Source: an uncultured Gammaproteobacteria bacterium (lineage in GTDB: Bacteria; Patescibacteriota; Patescibacteriia; Buchananbacterales; UBA6539). From it: a DNA stretch of 60,986 nt. The notes under the pieces were generated by a model. The model made no database searches and had not been told where the DNA came from. It worked only from the letters and a program-made list of their open reading frames with translations. Position 1 is the first letter of the stretch. Each line of letters begins with the position of its first letter. The DNA lies in the NCBI GenBank assembly GCA_964535715.1, contig CAZHUO010000004.1:1-60986 (forward strand), in the 5' to 3' direction. This document shows positions 29,399 through 38,014 of this stretch, piece after piece. A program made the position numbers and the translations under genes.

Positions 29399-30871
29399 AT
29401 GGATATATACTTTTCAGACTATTTTAAGATAAAACCGGAAGTACTTGAAAAGTATGGTGCATTTAACATTTCCCTTGTTTCCGATTTACCATTATTTATT
29501 GATCCCTTTTTACTTTTCAATAGCAAAAAACCTGAATACCAAGAATTGCATAATCAGATCATTGAATACCTAAAATTTTTAAAACAAAAATCAACAACTG
29601 GCGAAATAGAAAAAGGTGCACTTGAATCTTGGTATAAATTTAGCGAGGTAGAACAAAATTGGCTTGGTTTTGCAAAAGGTGGGAACAAGGGTAGTGGTCT
29701 TGGCATGGACTTTGCAAGTGCGCTAAATGGAAACTTGCATAAAATTTTTAAAAAATTTGGAGAGGAAGAGATAACAAAAGGCAGTCATCTTGAAAAACTT
29801 TGCCTTATTAAAGAAGGTGTAGGTAAAGATAGTATCAGCGATTTTGCGACAAATTTAATCAAAGAATTTTTACTTACATACACAGAAGAATTTGCAAAAG
29901 AACACATAGATCAATCTTTAACCGATATTTTCCGTGTTCAGAGAGTAAAATTTAATACTGAAACTGAAACTTGGGAGGAAAAAGAATTCGTTTTGCCTAA
30001 ATTCAAAAATGATTACGTATTACTTACACCAAAAGAATTATTAACAAAGGACGATACTTGGATTAACAAAACTGACTTAATAGAAGATTTTGACAGAATC
30101 CCAAATGCAATATCGAATGAACAGCTTAGATTTCAAGTAAATAACTACCTACAAAGCCAACTCACAAACGAGCCCGACAAAGAGCCAACAAAGAAAGAAA
30201 AGGGAGCTGCAATCTTTGCAACATTACAAAAGTTTCCAGAACTTATAGACTTTTTCATTAAATACAAGGAAGAAAATGGAGATTTGGCAGAGAGCATAAG
30301 TAATCAAAAAATCATTTTTTCTGAACAGGTGTACATCGCCAATGTTCAAAATTTTGTAAAAGGACTAAAGAAAACAGAATTTTATGATAGCCCACCCACT
30401 GCAAGCTTTGAAGAAGCAAAAAAGAAAATTGAGATTCTAAAAAAATTCGTTGAAAACAAAGATGGTTATCGTCTTTTTTACGACAAAAACGGAAATGTAA
30501 TCTCAAATGAAAGTGATCTACAGCTACTTTTTATGCTAGCATGTAGTGAATCAATTTTTGACATAAACAGAGAGCCAAACAATGGACGTGGTCCGGTAGA
30601 TTTTACAGTTTCATTCGGGAAAAAAGACAAAACACTAGTCGAGTTTAAATTGGCTGGCAACAAGCAATTAAAAAGAAACTTACAAAAACAAGTTGAGATA
30701 TATCAAGAAGCAAACGAAACTGACATGGCATTTAAAGTCATAATTTATTTTACTGAAGATGAAGAAAGTCGAGCAAAGAGAATTTTAAAAGAAATTGGAC
30801 TTGAAAATCAGAAGAATATAATATTAATAGACGGACGAAATGATAATAAGCCATCAGCATCAAAAGCATAA
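29399..30871 (+). CDS. hypothetical protein coupled to hsdS, with a C-terminal PD-(D/E)XK-like motif
   Basis: 490 aa, starting 2 nt after the hsdS stop. The C-terminus reads ...ESDLQLLF...GRGPVDFTVSF...LVEFKLAG (D...ExK pattern). Confidence 0.6.
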   Translation: MDIYFSDYFKIKPEVLEKYGAFNISLVSDLPLFIDPFLLFNSKKPEYQELHNQIIEYLKFLKQKSTTGEIEKGALESWYKFSEVEQNWLGFAKGGNKGSGLGMDFASALNGNLHKIFKKFGEEEITKGSHLEKLCLIKEGVGKDSISDFATNLIKEFLLTYTEEFAKEHIDQSLTDIFRVQRVKFNTETETWEEKEFVLPKFKNDYVLLTPKELLTKDDTWINKTDLIEDFDRIPNAISNEQLRFQVNNYLQSQLTNEPDKEPTKKEKGAAIFATLQKFPELIDFFIKYKEENGDLAESISNQKIIFSEQVYIANVQNFVKGLKKTEFYDSPPTASFEEAKKKIEILKKFVENKDGYRLFYDKNGNVISNESDLQLLFMLACSESIFDINREPNNGRGPVDFTVSFGKKDKTLVEFKLAGNKQLKRNLQKQVEIYQEANETDMAFKVIIYFTEDEESRAKRILKEIGLENQKNIILIDGRNDNKPSASKA

Positions 30872-31073
30872 CGAATTGTTTTCGGTCGGGGCAATTCCCC
30901 CTTTTGTTCCCCTCTTGCCCCTCCCTCAAACAAAAAAGAAATAATGTGTTTTGGGCTTCGGGCATTCACCCCTTTAGTTCCCCTCTGCTCTTCGCCCAAA
31001 ACGGAAAAACAAAACCGGATTCTTTTTTAGAGCGATTTGCTATCGCAAATCAAAGGAAAACATGTACATCATA

Positions 31074-31169
31074 TAACACGGCATATCTGGTTACGGCTTT
31101 TATACAAAAGCCTCCACCCATATTTGCCTCCGCTACGCTACGGCAAACATCAGATATGCCAAAACGTTA
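31074..31169 (+). other. attC-like site 2
   Basis: TAAC...aaaacGTTA. It matches site 1 at 93 of 96 positions. Confidence 0.7.
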
Positions 31170-31242
31170 GTTGCAATTTTTGAGTCGGCCTACTACACGA
31201 ATTAACAAACTTTATAAACATTCAATAACTGATAATTATATT

Positions 31243-31725
31243 ATGAAAAAATTTCTTAAGAACCCTCTGGTCAAGAACATTTTATCGGCATTAGCCGTGG
31301 CCATTTTCGGCTTTATACTGTTAATTCTTACATTTCTCTTTGATGCCATTTTCCAAAGTTTAGTAGATGGTATCATTAAACTTTTTACGCCAGTTGATAT
31401 CAATATGACCTGGTATTGGTTTCCGCCAATAAAACACGCTTCATTTATTGTCATCATTAGCCTAATTTCATGGCTTGTTTTCAGATCAAAACTAAAAGTG
31501 CTTTACAAAGCGATTTATATGACTGTGCCCGTTGCTACTGTTTTAGTGACTGTAGGAATGTTTTTGTATCGCTGGCCGATAGTTGTTTATTCTGTTGGTA
31601 GTTTACTTTGTATTGGCACTTTATACTATTTCTATCGCACCAAACAGCCATGGCTTTATTATTATACTGTGGTTTTAGTAGGGTTTACCTTGGCAATTTT
31701 TACTCTATTGGGTGGAGAAATCTAG
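31243..31725 (+). CDS. cassette 3: multi-TM membrane protein
   Basis: Start moved to ATG 31243, because the track start is a TTG inside the cassette-end repeat. About 4 hydrophobic helices. Confidence 0.6.
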   Translation: MKKFLKNPLVKNILSALAVAIFGFILLILTFLFDAIFQSLVDGIIKLFTPVDINMTWYWFPPIKHASFIVIISLISWLVFRSKLKVLYKAIYMTVPVATVLVTVGMFLYRWPIVVYSVGSLLCIGTLYYFYRTKQPWLYYYTVVLVGFTLAIFTLLGGEI

Positions 31726-31849
31726 TACTTATTTTTTCAAACGCAATAACCTAAATTCTTATTGATTAACGGCCGACTCAAAAACTTTGATTTTTTGCCT
31801 TCGGCATCGTTGCACTAAAAATCAACCACTCCAAGTATTCGTGGGCAAC

Positions 31850-31942
31850 TAACAGGCATTAACCGACTTCGCTCGGTTGCACCTCACTCCGTCCAAATTT
31901 GCTCCGCTACGCTCCACAAACTTCGGTTAATGCCATACGTTA
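31850..31942 (+). other. attC-like site 3
   Basis: TAAC-a-ggcattaaccga ... tcggttaatgcc-atac-GTTA, 93 nt. Confidence 0.65.
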
Positions 31943-31983
31943 TGTGAAATTTTTCTAAGGCGAGCTTCTAAATAACAACGATT

Positions 31984-32397
31984 ATGAAACTTTGTAGTGC
32001 ATGTCTATTGGGTTTAAAGTGCCGTTACGATGGCAAAAGTAAGCCCCATGAAAAAGTTATAAATTTGGCCACCAAGGAAACTTTGATTCCCGTCTGTCCT
32101 GAACAGTTGGGTGGCTTATCTACTCCGCGAAAACCTGCTGAGCAAAAAAATGGTCGAGTTATAACTGAGGATGGCGATGATATTACGATAAATTTTGAAA
32201 ATGGCGCGAAGCAGGTTTTAGAATTGGCCAAATTATACAATATAAAAAGCGCTATCCTCAAACAGCGAAGTCCTTCTTGCGGATGTGGCCAAATTTATGA
32301 CGGAACTTTTTCAGGGGCTATTATTGAAGGTGATGGTATCACTACAAAGTTTCTTAAAGAAAATGGTATCGAAGTGCTAACAGAGGATGATCTATAA
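31984..32397 (+). CDS. cassette 4: DUF523-family protein
   Basis: N-terminal CSACLLGLKCRYDG, characteristic of DUF523 (family assigned from memory). Confidence 0.7.
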   Translation: MKLCSACLLGLKCRYDGKSKPHEKVINLATKETLIPVCPEQLGGLSTPRKPAEQKNGRVITEDGDDITINFENGAKQVLELAKLYNIKSAILKQRSPSCGCGQIYDGTFSGAIIEGDGITTKFLKENGIEVLTEDDL

Positions 32398-32426
32398 TCG
32401 ACGGCTCGCTTTAGAAAAACATCACA

Positions 32427-32606
32427 TAACAAAGAATATCCGGCTCAAAAATTTTTCACTAATATATTTTTAATGTAAGAAAAATTTTCTCGACCCAAAT
32501 CCCGCGCGGTGTGAAATTAAGCCATTTGCCACTTAAAAAGTTTGGGAATAGAATAAGTTTTACGCTCTTAATATGGGCGCGGGACTTCGGATATTCTTAA
32601 ACGTTA
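32427..32606 (+). other. attC-like site 4 (long, 180 nt)
   Basis: TAAC-a-aagaatatccg ... cggatattctt-aaac-GTTA, with inner pairing cccgcgc/gcgcggg. Confidence 0.6.
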
Positions 32607-32683
32607 GAAGAAACTACTAGAAAACTTAGAAATTTCTTATGTATATCTGCTAACTAATAAAATTAATCAATAAATAAAACAAC

Positions 32684-32947
32684 ATGGAACAAGAAAAATA
32701 CAAGCCACAAGAATTCTATAAAGATACTGAAATTAACAGAGAAGACATAATTGCCGAGACGGCAATAATTTTAGAAAACACCAAAAAATTTCCTGATCCA
32801 ACCAGGGCTGATATAGTTGGAATTACCAAGGCAAAAGTAGAAATCAGAAAGGTATTAAGAAACAAAGGACTTAGTGAATGGAATATTGAATGCCTTGAAC
32901 CTGAAATTCGCCAAGATGCCCAAAAACTTCTAACTTTGTTTAAATAA
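32684..32947 (+). CDS. hypothetical protein (87 aa)
   Basis: ORF only. It is the first unit after the last attC-like site. Confidence 0.45.
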   Translation: MEQEKYKPQEFYKDTEINREDIIAETAIILENTKKFPDPTRADIVGITKAKVEIRKVLRNKGLSEWNIECLEPEIRQDAQKLLTLFK

Positions 32948-33066
32948 TTCGTTTTATTTAGGAGTAAGAAGAATTTTAGGCAAACATTTTCCCGATGTGT
33001 ATAAACTTAAACGGCCAATCATCGCATGTCAATTACCAAAAGACTTTATTATTAACTATAAATAAT

Positions 33067-33612
33067 ATGCCTCCACATTGCGACACAATGGACGGTCCCA
33101 TTGTAAAAATGGCCCAAAAGGCACTTGACGAAAAAAATATAGATTTAATTTTGCCTTATGCTTACAAAGATGGTGAAAAAGAAATTAAAGACGCTTTTCA
33201 AAAAGTTATTGCCATTAGAAATACCAATGATTCTGTCAGAAAAATTGCGGATTTATATTTCTTTGAAACAGTAGTAAGAGTTCATCGCGCAGGCGAAGGG
33301 GCTCCATATACGGGGCTAAAGCCTGCCGGCTTAAGCGAGGGTCCGATAATCCCCATTGCCGAAAAAGCAATAGAAACTGAATCGGCAGTCGAATTAATCA
33401 ATACTCTGTGCCATTATGTAGAAGAATATGTCGGCAGCCGTTTCAAAAAAATGTTAGAACTAAAAAAAGATAAAGATGCAAATGTCGATAAAGCGCGCGA
33501 ATATGTTGAGGCTATGCTTGGCCTTCAAGTTTACTCGCATAAAGTTTATTTATCACTTATAGCGGATCCCCATGCCAAAGTTGAACATAAGGCAGAAGCT
33601 CATAAACATTAA
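33067..33612 (+). CDS. conserved hypothetical protein (MPPHCDTMDGP N-terminus, DUF6448-like from memory)
   Basis: Start moved to ATG 33067. His-rich C-terminus. Confidence 0.55.
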   Translation: MPPHCDTMDGPIVKMAQKALDEKNIDLILPYAYKDGEKEIKDAFQKVIAIRNTNDSVRKIADLYFFETVVRVHRAGEGAPYTGLKPAGLSEGPIIPIAEKAIETESAVELINTLCHYVEEYVGSRFKKMLELKKDKDANVDKAREYVEAMLGLQVYSHKVYLSLIADPHAKVEHKAEAHKH

Positions 33613-33661
33613 TAATATCATGGACAAAAATCCTATAAGCGTTTGACTGTAGCCAATAACA

Positions 33662-34033
33662 ATGGATATTATCATAAAAAAATCAAAGCTAAACAAAAAG
33701 GGCATTTTTGCGGCCAGAAATTTTAAAAAAGGTGATGTCATAATAATATGGAAATCTAAAAAAATTTTATCAAAAAAGGAACTAGGCCAACTTCCCAAAT
33801 CAGAACTCCATTATATATCCAACTACAAACCAAATGAGTTTTTGCTTCAACAAGCGCCTGAAAGGTATGTAAATCATTCATGTAATCCGAATACCAAAGT
33901 AAGAAACAATAGCGATATTGCAATCAATGATATAAAAAAAGGAGAAGAAATAACCTCGGACTATTCAGTTGCCAACATCCAACAGCACTTTGTTTGTAAA
34001 TGCGGCAGCAAAAACTGCAAAGGATTCATATAA
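33662..34033 (+). CDS. SET-domain protein (putative lysine methyltransferase)
   Basis: YVNHSCNPN, GEEITSDY and a C-terminal CKCGSKNC post-SET-like motif. Confidence 0.85.
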   Translation: MDIIIKKSKLNKKGIFAARNFKKGDVIIIWKSKKILSKKELGQLPKSELHYISNYKPNEFLLQQAPERYVNHSCNPNTKVRNNSDIAINDIKKGEEITSDYSVANIQQHFVCKCGSKNCKGFI

Positions 34034-34131
34034 AAAAACAACACTTAATTATTTATTTAAATTTGAAAGGAGGCAGACCTTGATTTTAGCCTCTTTTTTG
34101 CTATAATTATATTAGAAATAACTGAAATAAT

Positions 34132-34488
34132 ATGGAAAATGAAAACTTGGACACATTTACCCTGGAAGAGCAAAATGAATTAATTGAAAGGCATTTTAGA
34201 AACGGCAAGGGATTAAGTGCTGATTATATTAACGCCTATGCTTATATTGACGCACTGCTGCGGGATATGGAGCTTGAAAAAATTAAGCCGGTGAAAACCT
34301 ACCGCGAATATTTGATGAATACGCCGGAATACTACCACCATACAATGGAACTAAGCGACGATAAGGCAATTGCCGAACTGGACCGGTTGGTTAATGAATT
34401 CAATTCGGATGTGGAAAGGATAAAGAGAGAAAAAGATGCAAATACAGTTAGAAATTTTATCCGGTCTGTAAATGATTTGGTAAAATAA
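34132..34488 (+). CDS. hypothetical protein
   Basis: 118-aa acidic helical ORF. Confidence 0.45.
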   Translation: MENENLDTFTLEEQNELIERHFRNGKGLSADYINAYAYIDALLRDMELEKIKPVKTYREYLMNTPEYYHHTMELSDDKAIAELDRLVNEFNSDVERIKREKDANTVRNFIRSVNDLVK

Positions 34489-34618
34489 AATAATAATTAA
34501 TAATAAATAATAAATTTTTAATCAATATTTAATATTAAATATTTTAATATTTATTTCAAATTTATTATTAATTATTTGATATTCTAACTTTAATTAACTA
34601 TTATATTTTATTAAACTT

Positions 34619-35308
34619 ATGAAAAAAATAACCTTATTTTTGCTGACGGTTTTTGCCATGGCTTTGGCCGGCTGTGGCCAGCAGGTGCCTGGGCTAAACC
34701 AAAACACAAACCAGCCAACGGCAAATTTAAATGAAAACACAAACGCACCCTCACCACAAAAACTGATCTATTTGGTTTCTACCGAAGATTCATTAAAATA
34801 TTGTAATGGCGCGGAAATGGATAGCGAAGGCTTCAAAAAGACAATTACAAAAGAAGTCACAACTGATATATCGGTTGAAGGCAAGACAACCTTGGAAATA
34901 GCTAAAATGATTATTGCTAATGCCACTACCGGCCAGTGCAAAAATACCTTGGAAAAAAATGATTTAAGAATAGAAGGAAACACCGCCTATTTTGCGCCGA
35001 TAGACGGCTGGACCGGAGTATCAATTGCAATGTGCAGCTGCATCCCGCAGATTGAGGTAAATTTCATGTATTTGCTTGGCATAGAAAAAGTGGTCTTTGA
35101 AAGTTCAATACAAGCTGAAGCGGCTGATTCTTTAACAGCGGAACAAAAAAGAGCATTTGAAAAATGCAAAACGCTAAGCGGCGAAGCCCGTTTGGAATTA
35201 AGCGCTTTATATGGAGAAAAGCAAATATTTTGCGCTTTTGCCGGCACTTCAGGGGAATGCACGCAGGGCGAGTTGAATAGCGGAGCTTGCTTTAAAGAAA
35301 AAAAATAA
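34619..35308 (+). CDS. lipoprotein, function unknown
   Basis: Lipobox MALAGC followed by an N/Q-rich linker. Confidence 0.65.
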   Translation: MKKITLFLLTVFAMALAGCGQQVPGLNQNTNQPTANLNENTNAPSPQKLIYLVSTEDSLKYCNGAEMDSEGFKKTITKEVTTDISVEGKTTLEIAKMIIANATTGQCKNTLEKNDLRIEGNTAYFAPIDGWTGVSIAMCSCIPQIEVNFMYLLGIEKVVFESSIQAEAADSLTAEQKRAFEKCKTLSGEARLELSALYGEKQIFCAFAGTSGECTQGELNSGACFKEKK

Positions 35309-35329
35309 TTTCAATTGTTAAACTAAAAT

Positions 35330-35794
35330 ATGGGAAAAAATAAATCTTTTTATCTATACCGCAGGCCGGTGCAGGCGTTAGTACTTAGGCCTTTGCCGTC
35401 TTCTGAAGACGAGTATCTGATTTCACAAAGAATGCCTGAGGGCTATTCTTACAGTGATGCAATGTATAGATTTCCTGCTGGTTACAGAGAATCATGCATA
35501 ATTGATTATAAAGACTATAATTATGACGGGTCGCATTCCTTGGAAAAACAAAAGGAATTTATCCTCAAAGACTTTACTGATGAGGGTTTTATGCCAGAAG
35601 AAGTCCAAGAGCTTATTGATAATCTAGAGGTAAAGGAAGGAGATACTCTTAGCTTAGGATATGACGAATCAATAAAATGGCTAAAACTTCATCCGGAATT
35701 TGAAAGCGAAGCCGGGCAAATATTCAGTAAAATAAGAAATGAAGTTCAGGCGGAAATAAGCTCAGAAAGAAACAAACATTCAAAGAGAAGATAA
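35330..35794 (+). CDS. hypothetical protein
   Basis: 154-aa ORF. Confidence 0.45.
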   Translation: MGKNKSFYLYRRPVQALVLRPLPSSEDEYLISQRMPEGYSYSDAMYRFPAGYRESCIIDYKDYNYDGSHSLEKQKEFILKDFTDEGFMPEEVQELIDNLEVKEGDTLSLGYDESIKWLKLHPEFESEAGQIFSKIRNEVQAEISSERNKHSKRR

Positions 35795-35907
35795 GAAAAA
35801 TAAAGTAAAAAAATAATAAAATAAAATAGGATTGCATTAATTTCTTGTTTCTTAATTTTTTATATAATTTAATTTATAAATTTTAACTTATTAATAAACA
35901 AAAACTT

Positions 35908-36552
35908 ATGAAAAAAATTACCGCCATAGCTTCACTCATTATAGTTATAAGCCTTGCAGGCTGTACTGCAAAACAATCTAATAAATTAAATATGGATACA
36001 AATAAAGACAGCACGATTAAATGCAATCAGGATTGCCAAAAATCAGCTTCGACCGATTTAATTCTCAATCCGGTATGCGTATACTACCCCGAAAATGGAA
36101 ATTCGGAAGAATATAAACATATATTTACAAATGAAGATTCCGATTATTTTTCGAGATTTGAAAAGCGTCTCAAAGAGCTAGAAAAAGAAGAGGATTTTTT
36201 GAATATACAACAAATATGTAAATATAATGAATCTACTATTGGCTTTTCGGCCCGAAGTAAAAAATCTGAAAAGTGGCTTGTCGGTGGCTATAAAATTATC
36301 GGGGATTTTGTTGAAGGCGATAAAGAATATTTTGCTTACGAAAAACTTGATAATAACATACAGATTAGTGGCTTTATAGACAATGGCAATAAAATAATAT
36401 TATCATCAATTAGTGAATATTACGGAATTGAACTTAAAAATTATGCTTTTGACATAATGGAAGACAAATTATTAACAATAAAAGATTGCGAAATAAATAA
36501 TAATGCAGGTGACCAAACGGTTTTTTGTTCAATAGATTTATTAAAGAATTAA
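35908..36552 (+). CDS. lipoprotein, function unknown
   Basis: Lipobox ISLAGC. Its 5' leader is similar to those of 34619 and 36592. Confidence 0.65.
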   Translation: MKKITAIASLIIVISLAGCTAKQSNKLNMDTNKDSTIKCNQDCQKSASTDLILNPVCVYYPENGNSEEYKHIFTNEDSDYFSRFEKRLKELEKEEDFLNIQQICKYNESTIGFSARSKKSEKWLVGGYKIIGDFVEGDKEYFAYEKLDNNIQISGFIDNGNKIILSSISEYYGIELKNYAFDIMEDKLLTIKDCEINNNAGDQTVFCSIDLLKN

Positions 36553-36591
36553 AATTATTAATAATTTAACTTATTAATAAATTAATAACAT

Positions 36592-37263
36592 ATGAAAAAA
36601 ATAATTTTAACAGCGTTAATCGGGACAAGCCTAATTTTGGCCGGCTGTGCCCAACAAACGCCTTTACAAAACCAAAATACAGAACAGCCGGCATTAAACC
36701 AAAACACCAACTCGGCTGATTCTGAAATAGATCAAATTGAATCAAGATGCAGCTTAGAGCCGCAAAGCGGAAACTGCAAAGCCTATATGCCAAAATATTA
36801 CTTTGATCAGAAAGAAAATGCCTGCAAGGAATTCGTCTGGGGCGGCTGCAACGGTGTAGTTCCGTTTGAAACTTTAGTTGAATGCCAAAATGCCTGCGAA
36901 AATAAAGCGGCAATGGCCAATCCCGCTTCGACTAACTGTCTTGAAAAAGGCGGGACAATTGACATCCGAAAAAACAAAAACGGCGAATACGGAGTCTGCC
37001 TTTTTGAAGACAACCGGCAGTGCGAGGAATGGGCGCTTTTACACGGCGAATGTCCTTCTAATGGAGCAAAAATTACCGGCTTAGAAAATGAAGCGGAAAT
37101 TTACTGTGTTATTACCGGCGGGCAACTTCAGGGTCTTGATACAGAAACTCCGATGTGCAAGCGAATAGACGGTACACTTTGCAATGCCCAGGCAAACCTG
37201 GACGGCGACTGTCCAAATCCGCATGATCCAAATCCCAGCGCCGGCAACGTGGAAGCATTGTAA
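36592..37263 (+). CDS. lipoprotein with a Kunitz/BPTI-like domain plus two DUF333-like repeats
   Basis: Lipobox LILAGC. Cysteine spacing is 8/15/7/11/3 with FVWGGC (36748-36897). This is followed by NPASTNCLEKGG...CEEWALLHGEC and a second, degenerate repeat. Confidence 0.7.
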   Translation: MKKIILTALIGTSLILAGCAQQTPLQNQNTEQPALNQNTNSADSEIDQIESRCSLEPQSGNCKAYMPKYYFDQKENACKEFVWGGCNGVVPFETLVECQNACENKAAMANPASTNCLEKGGTIDIRKNKNGEYGVCLFEDNRQCEEWALLHGECPSNGAKITGLENEAEIYCVITGGQLQGLDTETPMCKRIDGTLCNAQANLDGDCPNPHDPNPSAGNVEAL

Positions 37264-37296
37264 ATTAATAATAGTATATTTTAAAATTATAAAAAT

Positions 37297-37530
37297 ATGA
37301 ACAACGAAAAAGAAATAAAATTTGAAAATTATTTGGATAATGAAGAAAGGGAGGCTAGAGATTGGCTTAAATCGGGAATGGAAGAAATTGGACTACAAAA
37401 AGATTTGATTGAAAGTCGTTTGGCGCTCTTTATTCAGTTTATAAGAACCATAAAGCAATCATCTGGATTTAAAAAACCGATGGAAATTGCAAAAGATTAT
37501 TTGGAAGACATAAAAAAAGCGAAAGAATAA
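37297..37530 (+). CDS. hypothetical protein
   Basis: 77-aa ORF. Confidence 0.4.
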   Translation: MNNEKEIKFENYLDNEEREARDWLKSGMEEIGLQKDLIESRLALFIQFIRTIKQSSGFKKPMEIAKDYLEDIKKAKE

Positions 37531-37626
37531 CACAGTTGACTTTAAATATTTTTTGTGTTAACCTTTTTTTATTAATGTTTTTTTATTGGCCTTTTTAAAA
37601 ATGGACTTTGTCCAAGGAGTAAAGCA

Positions 37627-37998
37627 ATGATTGCACAAGTTAATGATGTATTGTATTTTTCTTCTGACAGATTGACGATGCAGGGCTTTAAAGCCGGCGA
37701 AAAAACAAAAACCAGAGGCGGACTTAAGTTTGAAGCAGTCGGTTTTGGCCGGGGCCAGCACCTGCGGGCCGGGCAGCTTTATGCGCATTTATCTGCCAAC
37801 GGCGAGGATTTCTCGATTCAAATTGACCATTATTTCCGAAACAGGCTCGGCAATGGCGGTAAGGCCAGGCTCACCGGCTTAAGAATTAAGCAAATCATTA
37901 CTGCAAAACCGCAGGATGTCACAGTTGAGGAAAATTGTGGTAAACGGCAAATAGCCGAATCTGACCTGGACGCCTGGTATAATCGTGCCTTCAACTAA
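37627..37998 (+). CDS. hypothetical protein in a G+C-richer patch
   Basis: 123-aa ORF whose composition visibly differs from its surroundings. Confidence 0.4.
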   Translation: MIAQVNDVLYFSSDRLTMQGFKAGEKTKTRGGLKFEAVGFGRGQHLRAGQLYAHLSANGEDFSIQIDHYFRNRLGNGGKARLTGLRIKQIITAKPQDVTVEENCGKRQIAESDLDAWYNRAFN

Positions 37999-38014
37999 CC
38001 CAGAAAGGCGTCAA

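Larger units (their letters stand above)
21555..32606. mobile_element. integron-like platform: recombinase operon, attI-like junction, and at least 4 cassettes ending in attC-like sites
   Basis: See the component features and findings. Confidence 0.7.

Noticed and set aside
24086-31170. The two 96-nt direct repeats, read as a target-site duplication or as attL/attR of a conventional integrated island.
   Set aside because: They are too long for a TSD. Two further sites of the same architecture but different sequence follow at 31850 and 32427. The cross-unit end complementarity fits serial cassette insertion. The attL/attR reading remains a weaker alternative.
30750-31170. ORFs 30750..30965(-), 30808..30999(-) and 30904..31170(+); likewise 23956..24138(-) and 24167..24598(-).
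   Set aside because: They lie across the attC-like sites and the cassette-end inverted repeats, have low-complexity translations and show no start-site signals.
36566-36913. ORF 36566..36913(-), 115 aa.
   Set aside because: It is antisense to the Kunitz/DUF333 lipoprotein gene, which has a lipobox and clear domain signatures.
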